From contig JAITSI010000069.1 in the NCBI GenBank assembly GCA_031287845.1, positions 1 through 47,454 of the forward strand: 47,454 nucleotides of DNA, given 5' to 3'. Below the pieces are notes generated by a model that was not told the origin of the DNA, did not search any database, and worked only from the letters and a program-made list of their open reading frames with translations. The DNA comes from Puniceicoccales bacterium (GTDB lineage Bacteria > Verrucomicrobiota > Verrucomicrobiia > Opitutales > JAIRLM01). The position numbers and the translations under genes were made by a program. This document shows positions 7,943 to 15,837 of the stretch, one piece after another. Positions within the stretch are counted from its first letter, which is position 1; each line of letters starts with the position of its first letter.

Positions 7943-8649
7943 CGGCGCAGGGCTTGCAAAAAGTTTACGGCAGACGGACCGTGGTGCGCTCCGCCACGCT
8001 GGAAGTTTCCCCGGGCGAGGTGGTGGGCCTGCTGGGTCCCAACGGTGCCGGCAAGTCGACCACGTTCCAAATGGTGGTGGGCCTGGTGCGGCCGACGGCG
8101 GGAAAGGTTGTTCTCAACGGCAACGACATCACCCCGCTTCCCCTGCACCGGCGGGCCCGCATCGGCATCGGCTACCTGCCCCAGGAGGCGTCCATCTTCC
8201 GCGGACTGACCGTGCGGAAAAATCTGCGGGCCGTGGCCGAGGTCTTGCCCATTTCCCGGAAGGAGGGGCAGTCCCGGGTGGAGCGGCTGCTGGAGCAATT
8301 TTCCCTCGCGGCCCTGGGGGACCAGCCGGCAACGACCCTGAGCGGCGGCGAGCGGCGGCGGCTGGAAATTGCCCGTACCCTGCTGGGATCTCCCCAATTT
8401 CTCCTGCTCGACGAGCCATTCAGCGGCGTGGACCCAATCAACGTCCAGGAGGTGCAGCGCATTCTCATCCAGCTCCGCTCCACGGGAATCGGCATCCTGA
8501 TCACGGACCACAGCGTCCGGGAAACGCTGGCCATCGTCGACCGCGCCTACCTCATCCACCGGGGAGAGGTCCTGGCCAGCGGCAGCCGGGAGGCGCTGCT
8601 CAACGATCCCCTTAGCCGCCGCTTTTACCTGGGCGAGGAATTTGCCTAG
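7936..8649 (+). CDS. lptB: LPS export ABC transporter ATP-binding protein
   Basis: Walker A GPNGAGKST, Q-loop YLPQEASIF, signature LSGGERRRLEIAR, Walker B LLLDEPFSGVDP, ITDH. GTG at 7936 overlaps the mcsB stop (GTGCTAG) and gives ~237 aa as expected for LptB. Confidence 0.85.
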   Translation: MLAAQGLQKVYGRRTVVRSATLEVSPGEVVGLLGPNGAGKSTTFQMVVGLVRPTAGKVVLNGNDITPLPLHRRARIGIGYLPQEASIFRGLTVRKNLRAVAEVLPISRKEGQSRVERLLEQFSLAALGDQPATTLSGGERRRLEIARTLLGSPQFLLLDEPFSGVDPINVQEVQRILIQLRSTGIGILITDHSVRETLAIVDRAYLIHRGEVLASGSREALLNDPLSRRFYLGEEFA

Positions 8650-8654
8650 AATTT

Positions 8655-8728
8655 GGACCCGTAAACCAGGTCCGCCGGTTGACGCTGGGGCTGCGCCCCT
8701 CTGGCCCCCCCCCCCCCCCTCCGCGAAA
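8655..8728 (-). repeat. Solo tail fragment of the mosaic repeat (copy 5)
   Basis: GGACCCGTAAACCAGGTCCGCCGGTTGACGCTGGGGCTGCGCCCCTCTGGCCCC..CCGCGAAA aligns with the tail end of copy 3 (3035-3105). No head part is present. Confidence 0.75.
8705..8719. repeat. Homopolymeric C15 tract inside the repeat fragment
   Basis: Direct count: C at 8705-8719. The equivalent position in copy 3 has only C6. Confidence 0.9.
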
Positions 8729-8823
8729 AATCTTCGCCGACTTTTTCTTTCAGCCGTCGATCCATCGGAGTAATCTATTCCAATCCACTTGACAAATCCG
8801 GGAATTTCTGCCACGGAAGGCGC

Positions 8824-9255
8824 ATGGGTGAGAGTGGGATCAACATTTTCGATGTGGCAAAGTATATTCTCCACTCCATTGGCGGGGAAATCTCCACAAT
8901 GAAATTGCAGAAGCTTTGCTATTATTGCCAGGCGTGGCATTTAGCACTGGAGGGCGAACCGCTGTTCCCACAGGAATTTGAGGCCTGGGCAAACGGTCCC
9001 GTCTGTCGCGAGTTGTTCAATGCCCACAAAGGCTGGTTCGGGATTCGCGAAGAGGACATTCCCCAGACGTCCTGTAGCAGGGTGGAGTTGCCGGAACAGG
9101 CGACAATGCACGTTGACCGCGTTTTAGAGGATTATGGCTGTTTTGATGGGGCTCAATTGAGCGAGTTGACCCATGGAGAATCGCCCTGGAAAGACGCCAG
9201 GCGCAATCAAATTATTCCACTTGCTAGCATAAAAAAATACTACGAAAGCCTCTGA
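8824..9255 (+). CDS. Panacea (DUF4065) domain protein, SocA/GepA-like antitoxin candidate
   Basis: N-terminus IFDVAKYILHSIGGEISTMKLQKLCYYCQAWHLALEGEPLFPQEFEAWANGPV matches the DUF4065/Panacea pattern (KLxKLxYyaq.w.l....pLf...feAW..GPV). ATG start. AT-richer region. Confidence 0.7.
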   Translation: MGESGINIFDVAKYILHSIGGEISTMKLQKLCYYCQAWHLALEGEPLFPQEFEAWANGPVCRELFNAHKGWFGIREEDIPQTSCSRVELPEQATMHVDRVLEDYGCFDGAQLSELTHGESPWKDARRNQIIPLASIKKYYESL

Positions 9256-9256
9256 G

Positions 9257-9662
9257 ATGAAGCTTGCGAGGCGTCTTTCGCGGCCGCTAAAGGTCTCAAA
9301 AGATCCAAATTTACCATTCTTCGGCTGGGCCATTGGCGAGGAATATTACCTTCGCGGCGAGTTGGAGTTTTTTTTGCCGTTACACGCTCCCGGTACTGCT
9401 AAAAATTGAACGCAACCGAATCACATGGAAGGAATTGTTGAAAAGTGCGCATTGCCATTCTTTTCGATTTACTTCGGTTACGCACCCGCACCGGGAAATG
9501 CTTGATAAAATTTGCTGCCGGCACAAAATCGACGCGGAATCTTTCTACCAGCTCCCCGGCAAAGCTGGTGGCGCGCATAGAATCATTGGCTACCGGAAGA
9601 ACCACATCTTCCACCTGATCTACGACGACAGGGATCATTCCCTGCTTCCATCGGCTGGCTGA
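9257..9662 (+). pseudogene. Frameshifted ORF translationally coupled to the Panacea gene (candidate toxin partner, unknown family)
   Basis: ATG at 9257 lies 1 nt after the upstream TGA. This frame stops at ~9419, but shifting +1 within the T8 run (9368-9375) joins it to ORF 9333..9662, giving ~135 aa. The C-terminus AHRIIGYRKNHIFHLIYDDRDH is faintly RelE/HigB-like; this is my impression only. Confidence 0.4.
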
Positions 9663-10114
9663 GTTTGCGGTGTCGGTTTGCCCCAGCGTAATTAAAAAAT
9701 GAGAAAAGTAAGTAGCTGAGAAAATGACAGAATCGGAGGGCGTCCCGTCTCGGCTGAAAATTTTAGCGAATTTTCCTCGCAAAATGCATGCTCCACTTTA
9801 GATACTTGCCCGAGCGTTGGGTGTGTTTCCATAAAGTCAACCAACGCTTTTGCCATGTGGTTGCCAGCCTAAATTCCGAAATCGGAAGTTTTTCCATCGG
9901 AGCATTCAAGAGGCAAATGCAGGTCCCCAAAAGCTCTGCTCCGCAGAGTTCGTATCAGCCAATCCTCCGGAAGGAGAGGGTGTGGGCTTACGAGTCTCGG
10001 CACTGGACCGCCGGACGTTCGACGCTTTTTGCCCAGCCCTCTCCGGGACAAGGAGATTCAACGGCTGCCGCGAGGGTGTGATTTTTCGTCGCCGCGGGAA
10101 CCGGCAAGGCACAT

Positions 10115-11050
10115 TTATTCGGAAAAGGCGAGTCGATCCCGCCGGTCGAGGACCAGTGGCCTGGTTTCCACGATGAGAGCTGCGTCGCCGAGCACGTCGG
10201 TGAGATACTGGCGAATGGACGACCCGTCCTCATCCTCGTGCAATGGAATGTAGCCCGCGCTGCCAGTGCCGGTTAGGTAGCCCTGGACGCGGAAAAAAAT
10301 GTCAAGGTCGCGAAAAATGAGCTGCAATTCCAAAAAGCGCTCGCTGACCAGAGTCTGGAAGGCATTCGCCAGGGACGCCGGCCTGGCCTTCGTTTCCAGC
10401 TCGCGGAGCACATTTTCGATGGCAAAATTTGCAGCCGTCGCCTCGGAAAATGCGGCGGGCCCCTTCCGGTCCAGCTGTTCGTAGGCCCAGGCGGTTGGGA
10501 TGCCCACAACCGGCTTAAAAATGATGAGCTTCATGCGGCGAAGGCCCTGCAGCTGTGCCACTTCCACCGGCTCCACCCTACTCCCCGTCTCCCGCACCAC
10601 GCAGGGTGACGAGGACAAAAAGGATGGGCAGTCCGATCCCACATAGCCGGCGATGGCCATCAGCTCCGCATCCCGCACGGGCCGGCCCAGCATTTCGTTG
10701 AGATGGCGCAGGAATAGGGCCGCATCGCTGCTGCCGCCGCCAAGGCCGCTTTCCAGGGGGATATTTTTCTCCAGCCGGATCACAACCCGCTGGGGAAAGT
10801 CATAGACCTGGCGGTAGAGGGCGAGGGCGCGGAAGATGCTGTTGCGGCCATCGGTGGGAATGCCCGGCACGTCACAGCTCAAAAAGTCTTCGCAGGCACC
10901 ATCTTCCGCAAAGCGCAGCTGCACGTGGTCTCCGAATTCGACCTGCACAATCAAAGAAGAAATGTTGTGCAGTGCGTCCTCCCGCCTGCCGTGCACCGCC
11001 AGCACAAAATTTAACTTCGCGGGGCACAAAAATCTACGAAACTCACCCAC
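10115..11050 (-). CDS. ispE: 4-diphosphocytidyl-2-C-methyl-D-erythritol kinase
   Basis: N-terminal PAKLNFVLAV and GHMP-kinase motif PLESGLGGGSSDAA. GTG at 11050 overlaps the ispF stop by 8 nt; the alternative upstream start at 11101 is less likely. Confidence 0.85.
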   Translation of the reverse strand: MGEFRRFLCPAKLNFVLAVHGRREDALHNISSLIVQVEFGDHVQLRFAEDGACEDFLSCDVPGIPTDGRNSIFRALALYRQVYDFPQRVVIRLEKNIPLESGLGGGSSDAALFLRHLNEMLGRPVRDAELMAIAGYVGSDCPSFLSSSPCVVRETGSRVEPVEVAQLQGLRRMKLIIFKPVVGIPTAWAYEQLDRKGPAAFSEATAANFAIENVLRELETKARPASLANAFQTLVSERFLELQLIFRDLDIFFRVQGYLTGTGSAGYIPLHEDEDGSSIRQYLTDVLGDAALIVETRPLVLDRRDRLAFSE

Positions 11051-11522
11051 GGGCCTCCAAAAGACAAATGCCGCACACCTCAACCGCCTCCCCGGCGCCA
11101 ACGGGGCCGAGTCCCTCCGCGGTGGTCGCCTTGAGGCCGATCCGCCCCCCGTCCAGGGAAAGCGCGCGGGACAAATTTTTGCGCATGGGCTCCATAAACG
11201 GCTGCAAAATAGGAGTTTCCAGTTGAATCACCGCGTCCACGTTGGCGACGCGGAGGCCGGAACCTAGGACAATTTGGACCACCTCTTCCATCATTTCCAG
11301 GGAATTGCGCCCACGGTTCGCCTCATCCGTGTTGGGGAAAAGAACTCCTACGTTGGGCAGGGCCGCTGCCCCAAGCAGGGCATCCATCAGCGCATGGGCC
11401 AGGCAATCCCCATCGGAATGGGCCACGCAGCCGCGGTCCTCGTCCACGCAAACCCCTCCAAGGATCAGCCGCCGCCCCCGCACCAGGCGATGCACATCCC
11501 GACCCAGGCCCACGCGCAACAC
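11043..11522 (-). CDS. ispF: 2-C-methyl-D-erythritol 2,4-cyclodiphosphate synthase
   Basis: LRVGLGRDVHRL...GGV...HSDGDCLAHALMDALLGA. Typical IspF length (159 aa). GTG start. Confidence 0.9.
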   Translation of the reverse strand: MLRVGLGRDVHRLVRGRRLILGGVCVDEDRGCVAHSDGDCLAHALMDALLGAAALPNVGVLFPNTDEANRGRNSLEMMEEVVQIVLGSGLRVANVDAVIQLETPILQPFMEPMRKNLSRALSLDGGRIGLKATTAEGLGPVGAGEAVEVCGICLLEARG

Positions 11523-11543
11523 GGCAAAAATTCCAGAACCGGC

Positions 11544-11819
11544 TCAGACCGCCCGGTTCAGGTCGGTCCCCGGCTTGAATTTTACCACCATTTTACCGGG
11601 AATGCGAATCTTTTGCTTCGTTCGCGGGTTCACGCCGGTCCGGGCGGCCCGGGATGCCACGCTGAAGGTCCCGAATCCAACCAGCTGGACCGTGTCATGG
11701 CGCTCCACCGCAGCCCGAATCGCCTCCTGGATCGCATTCAGCACGCGCTCCACCGCCGTTTTCGAAAACTCATCGCCCAAAATCTTCTGCGCCTCTCCGA
11801 TCAAATCAGACTTGTTCAT
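11544..11819 (-). CDS. hup: HU family DNA-binding protein
   Basis: MNKSDLI...VQLVGFGTFSVASRAARTGVNPRTKQKIRIPGKMVVKFKPG, 91 aa. Confidence 0.92.
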   Translation of the reverse strand: MNKSDLIGEAQKILGDEFSKTAVERVLNAIQEAIRAAVERHDTVQLVGFGTFSVASRAARTGVNPRTKQKIRIPGKMVVKFKPGTDLNRAV

Positions 11820-11929
11820 GCCGTGTGCCCTTCCCTGTGTGGTCCTTCGTAGCCCACCGGGGTCGAAGGTGCGCCCTCCTTTGCCGACGTCAACCGGGAA
11901 ATGGCGCCCCTCCCCAATTTTTGAAAAAA

Positions 11930-12421
11930 TTAAACCGCTCCACCGCCCGAACTTTCCCCATTTCCCGCCGGCTGTCCTCCGTCGGGACGTTTGGCCCTGG
12001 CCCGGGACCGCTGCCGGGACCGTTGCCGGTAGCCCTTGTCATCGGCCTTGACGAGTTCGATGAGCGCCATCTTGCCCCCATCCCCCTGGCGGGGAACAAG
12101 TTTGTAGATGCGGCTATAGCCGCCGGGCCGCTTGAGGAAGCTGACGGCCAGCGAATCAAAGAGATTTTTCACCGCGTCCTGGTCCCGCACCCGCGCCACC
12201 GCCATGCGCCGCAGGTGCAGCTTCTGGGCCGGGACACTGCTCCTTTCGGCCCGGCAGGCAAGGGTGATCACCTTCTCCACGAAGGGCCTCAGCGCCTTGG
12301 CCTTGGCCAGCGTGGTACGGATTCGTCCATGGCGCAGCAGGGCGGCGGCCAGTCCGGCCACCAGCGCGGCCCGGTGTTCCTTTTTCACGCCCAATTGAAA
12401 CTGGTGCATTCTGTGTCGCAT
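11930..12421 (-). CDS. rplQ: 50S ribosomal protein L17 (with basic C-terminal tail)
   Basis: MRHRMHQFQLGVKKEHRAALVAGLAAALLRHGRIRTTLAKAKALRPFVEKVITLA. ATG at 12421 follows the rpoA stop (12433). Confidence 0.93.
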   Translation of the reverse strand: MRHRMHQFQLGVKKEHRAALVAGLAAALLRHGRIRTTLAKAKALRPFVEKVITLACRAERSSVPAQKLHLRRMAVARVRDQDAVKNLFDSLAVSFLKRPGGYSRIYKLVPRQGDGGKMALIELVKADDKGYRQRSRQRSRARAKRPDGGQPAGNGESSGGGAV

Positions 12422-12432
12422 AGACCTACCCT

Positions 12433-13413
12433 TCAAAGGTATTCGTCAATTTTCATGCCAAGCGATAGGCCCAGCTCCTCCAGCCGGTGCTTGATCTCGT
12501 TGAGCGATTTTTTCCCAAAGTTGCGATAGCGCAGCATTTCATTCTCACTCTTGGAGGCAAGTTCTCCCACTGTCAGGATGTTGGCATTGTTCAGGCAGTT
12601 CGCCGCCCGGACCGAGAGCTCGATCTCGTTGACGCTCATGGCGAGCAGCTTCTGCAGCCGGTTCTGGTCCTTGGAAGCCGAGCGCTCCGCCCGTTCAAAC
12701 TGCACGTCCTCGGCGGCCAGGTTGTCAAACACGTTGATGTGCAGGCGCAGGATGGCAACCGCCTCCGCCAGGGCAACTTCCGGGGCAATGCGCCCGTCGG
12801 TGGAAATTTCTAAAACCAGCCGGTCGAAATTGGTCATCTGCCCCACCCGCGTGTTCTCCACGGAATAGCGCACCAACTTCACGGGACTAAAGGCCGAATC
12901 CAGGGCAATGCCCCCCTCCACGTTGTCCAGCTTCTCGTTCTCCTCGGCCAGCCGATAGCCGCGGCCCCGGCTCAGCCGCAGCTCGGCAAAGAACGCCACT
13001 TTCCGGTCCAGGTGGCAAATTACGTGCTCGGGATTGAGAATTTGCACGGAGGGAGGGATGCGGATGTCCTTTGCCCGCACCAACTCCTGGCCCCGCACGT
13101 CCAGCACAAGCGTCTGCGACTCCCGCACGTCGGTTTTGAAAAGGACCTTTTTCAGGTTGAGCAGAATCTCCGACATGTCCTCCACAACGCCGGCGATGGT
13201 CTGGAATTCGTGCTGCACGCCGTCCACGCGCACGTTGGTCAGGGCCGTCCCGTCGATGGCGCCCAGCAGGATCCGGCGCAGGGTGTTGCCGATGCTCTGG
13301 CCAAAGCCGGACTCGAACGGCTCCGCGACAAAGGCGGCAAACGTCTCCGTCGCAGAACTTTCCACCTTCGCCAGGCGCGTCGGCAATTCAAACTTTCCCA
13401 ACATCCGTGTCAT
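12433..13413 (-). CDS. rpoA: DNA-directed RNA polymerase subunit alpha
   Basis: MTRMLGKFELP...FVAEPFESGFGQSIGNTLRRILL... and C-terminal domain ELSVRAANCLNNANILTVGEL. ATG at 13413 is preceded by GGAGG. Confidence 0.95.
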   Translation of the reverse strand: MTRMLGKFELPTRLAKVESSATETFAAFVAEPFESGFGQSIGNTLRRILLGAIDGTALTNVRVDGVQHEFQTIAGVVEDMSEILLNLKKVLFKTDVRESQTLVLDVRGQELVRAKDIRIPPSVQILNPEHVICHLDRKVAFFAELRLSRGRGYRLAEENEKLDNVEGGIALDSAFSPVKLVRYSVENTRVGQMTNFDRLVLEISTDGRIAPEVALAEAVAILRLHINVFDNLAAEDVQFERAERSASKDQNRLQKLLAMSVNEIELSVRAANCLNNANILTVGELASKSENEMLRYRNFGKKSLNEIKHRLEELGLSLGMKIDEYL

Positions 13414-13424
13414 GCTGACCTCCG

Positions 13425-14033
13425 CTAGCGGCTGTAAAATTCTACGATGACCCGCTCGTTGATGGTGTGGCCAATTTCCTCCCGGGTCGGATCCCGCAGG
13501 ACGGAGCAGGTGATGGCGTCCCCGTCGGTTTGCAGCCACGGGGGAACGCTGCGGTAGCGCGTATCCTCCAAGCTGCGCATGGCCAGGTGCCGTGATCCGT
13601 CCGCGGGATGGATGGCGATGCGATCTCCCGCATGGCACAGGGAACTGGCGATGTCAACCCCCCGCCCGTTGACCCGCACGTGGCCGTGGTTTACCATTTG
13701 CCGCGCCGCGCGGCGGGTCTTTGCCAGGCCGGCCAGGTAGACGACGCTGTCCAGGCGCATCTCCAAAAGCCGCAGAAAAATTTCCCCCGTGACCCCGGAT
13801 GCCCGCTTGGCCCGCGCAAAGGTCAGCCGGAATTGCCGCTCCGTGAGGCCGTAGAGGAAGCGCAGCTTTTGCTTTTCGCAGAGCCCCTGGCCGTACTCCG
13901 TCACCTTGCGCCGCAGGCGCGGTCCGTGGATCCCCGGCAGGTAGTTCCTCCGCTCGAAGGCCTTGTTGGGAGGGAAGATGGCCAGGGAAAAGTGGCGATT
14001 GATGCGGGTCTTCGGTCCTGTGTAGCGTGACAT
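13425..14033 (-). CDS. rpsD: 30S ribosomal protein S4
   Basis: MSRYTGPKTRINRHF...YGLTERQFR; position between rpsK and rpoA. Confidence 0.96.
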   Translation of the reverse strand: MSRYTGPKTRINRHFSLAIFPPNKAFERRNYLPGIHGPRLRRKVTEYGQGLCEKQKLRFLYGLTERQFRLTFARAKRASGVTGEIFLRLLEMRLDSVVYLAGLAKTRRAARQMVNHGHVRVNGRGVDIASSLCHAGDRIAIHPADGSRHLAMRSLEDTRYRSVPPWLQTDGDAITCSVLRDPTREEIGHTINERVIVEFYSR

Positions 14034-14066
14034 GTGCGTTGCTTCCGGTTGGGTGCTGGGGGAACA

Positions 14067-14579
14067 CTAGGGCTTGCGGGCCCGGGGAGGACGGCAGCCG
14101 TTGTGGGGAAGTGGGGTGACGTCCATTATGACATTTACCTGCAAACCAACGGTTTGCAGCGCGCGGATTGCCGCATCTCGGCCCATGCCCGGTCCCTGGA
14201 TCCGCACGTCCACCTCCTTCATGCCGTGGGACATGGCCGTACGCGCCGCGTCCTGCACGGCCACCTGGGCGGCATAGGCGGTCGACTTGCGGGACCCGCG
14301 AAATCCATTCTTGCCCGCGCTGGACCAGGAAATGGCGGCCCCACCGGCGTCCGTAAAGGTAACTTTCGTGTTGTTGAAGGTGGCCAAAATGCAGCAGATT
14401 CCGCTGGATACATTTTTGCTCTTCTTGGCGCGGCGAATCTTCGTGTCCGCATTCCAATCTCCCTGCAGCAGCTCGGCCGCGGTCGGATGGGATCCTCCGC
14501 GCGTCTCTCCGCCGGCTCCGCCCTTGCCCACCTGTTCCGCCAAGCCGGCCTCGGCGCTCCGATTGCCTCCACTATCCAT
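14067..14579 (-). CDS. rpsK: 30S ribosomal protein S11 (with ~40-aa N-terminal extension)
   Basis: [17 protein letters not shown]...[20 protein letters not shown]...[20 protein letters not shown] at 14579 is the only in-frame ATG upstream of the core. Confidence 0.93.
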   Translation of the reverse strand: MDSGGNRSAEAGLAEQVGKGGAGGETRGGSHPTAAELLQGDWNADTKIRRAKKSKNVSSGICCILATFNNTKVTFTDAGGAAISWSSAGKNGFRGSRKSTAYAAQVAVQDAARTAMSHGMKEVDVRIQGPGMGRDAAIRALQTVGLQVNVIMDVTPLPHNGCRPPRARKP

Positions 14580-14619
14580 GGCAATTTTCCCAATTTCCAG
14601 CGTTCACCTGACCCACTCC

Positions 14620-14997
14620 CTATTCCTTACTCCTCACAACGCCAACGGTTTTGCGGGCTCCCTTGCGGGTCCGCGCGTTGGTCGAGGTCCGTTGGCCGCG
14701 CACCGGCAGGCCCCGGTAGTGGCGAATGCCCCGGTAGCAGCGGATGTTCTGCAGGCGCTTGATGTCGCCCACCACTTCCCGGCGCAGGTCGCCCTCCACC
14801 TTGAAGCCCTTTTCCACGCAAATTGCCATGACGCGGTTGATGTCCTGTTCCGTAAGCTGATCCGCCCGCATGGCTTCCGAAAAGCCGGCCTCCGCTACGA
14901 TGGCATCCGCCCGGGTGGGACCAATGCCGTAGATGTAGCGCAGCGCAAAGGCAACCTTTTTTTTACCCGGAATGTCCGTCCCAAATATTCTCGGCAT
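14620..14997 (-). CDS. rpsM: 30S ribosomal protein S13
   Basis: [30 protein letters not shown]... Confidence 0.96.
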   Translation of the reverse strand: MPRIFGTDIPGKKKVAFALRYIYGIGPTRADAIVAEAGFSEAMRADQLTEQDINRVMAICVEKGFKVEGDLRREVVGDIKRLQNIRCYRGIRHYRGLPVRGQRTSTNARTRKGARKTVGVVRSKE

Positions 14998-15051
14998 AGC
15001 TTTTCTCCACCTGTTCCCAACGTTTAGGCCGTCCCGCGCCCTTTCCCAAGA

Positions 15052-15837
15052 CTAACTTTTTATCTCTGTCAAGATTTCCGGCGCGCCGCCCGTGACCAAA
15101 ACCGTGTGCTCGAAGTGCGCCGCCCAGGAGCCATCCGCCGTCCGCACCGTCCAGCCGTCGGCGTCGAAGAGCAATTTTTCCTTGCCCAGGAGCAACATGG
15201 GCTCGATGGCGAGGGTCATGCCCGCCCGCAGCAATGGCCCCGCGTGGGGTCGCCCGTGGTTGGGGATGGAAGGTCCCTCGTGCATTTCCCGGCCGATGCC
15301 GTGGCCCACCAGCTCCCGCACCACGCCAAGCTGGAACCGCCCGGCGCAGGCCTCGACGGCGGCGGAGATGTCGCCCACGCGATTTCCCGGCAAGGCCTGG
15401 GCAATTCCTTCGGCCAGAGCCCGTTCCGTTCCCTCCAGTAGCCGCGCCACATGCTCATCCTTCACCGGTCCCACCGAGACCGTCCGCGTCGCATCCCCCA
15501 TGAAGCCGTTCACCAGGCCAACCAGATCCAGGCTCACCACGTCGCCCTCGGCGAGGATGCGGTCCTTTGAAGGGATGCCGTGCACGACCTCATCGTTGAT
15601 GGACGCGCAGATGTGGCCCGGGAATGGCCCCCCGCGGCCCGGATAGCCAAGACAGGCGGCCAGTGCTCCACGCCGTTTCAGCTCATCCCGGGCAATTTGA
15701 TCCAGCTCCGCCGTGGAAATTCCAGCCCGTACCGCGGCACAGACGGCGGCCAATGCCTCGGCGGTGATCCGGCCGGCGACGCGCATGGCGTCCATCTCCT
15801 CCGGAGACTTGATTGAAATTCGCAATTCCCCGCTCAT
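15052..15837 (-). CDS. map: Type I methionine aminopeptidase
   Basis: INDEVVHGIP, DLVGLVNGFMGD, GHGIGREMHE, LAIEPM, AHFEHTVLVT metal-ligand motifs. ATGA overlap with the secY stop. Confidence 0.95.
   Translation of the reverse strand: MSGELRISIKSPEEMDAMRVAGRITAEALAAVCAAVRAGISTAELDQIARDELKRRGALAACLGYPGRGGPFPGHICASINDEVVHGIPSKDRILAEGDVVSLDLVGLVNGFMGDATRTVSVGPVKDEHVARLLEGTERALAEGIAQALPGNRVGDISAAVEACAGRFQLGVVRELVGHGIGREMHEGPSIPNHGRPHAGPLLRAGMTLAIEPMLLLGKEKLLFDADGWTVRTADGSWAAHFEHTVLVTGGAPEILTEIKS

Noticed and set aside
9399-9782. 127-aa minus-strand ORF antisense to the candidate toxin ORF.
   Set aside because: The plus-strand reading is favoured by the TGA-G-ATG coupling to the Panacea gene and by the single-base T8 frameshift that restores one ORF. 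The minus-strand ORF has no start context or motifs. This is not fully excluded.
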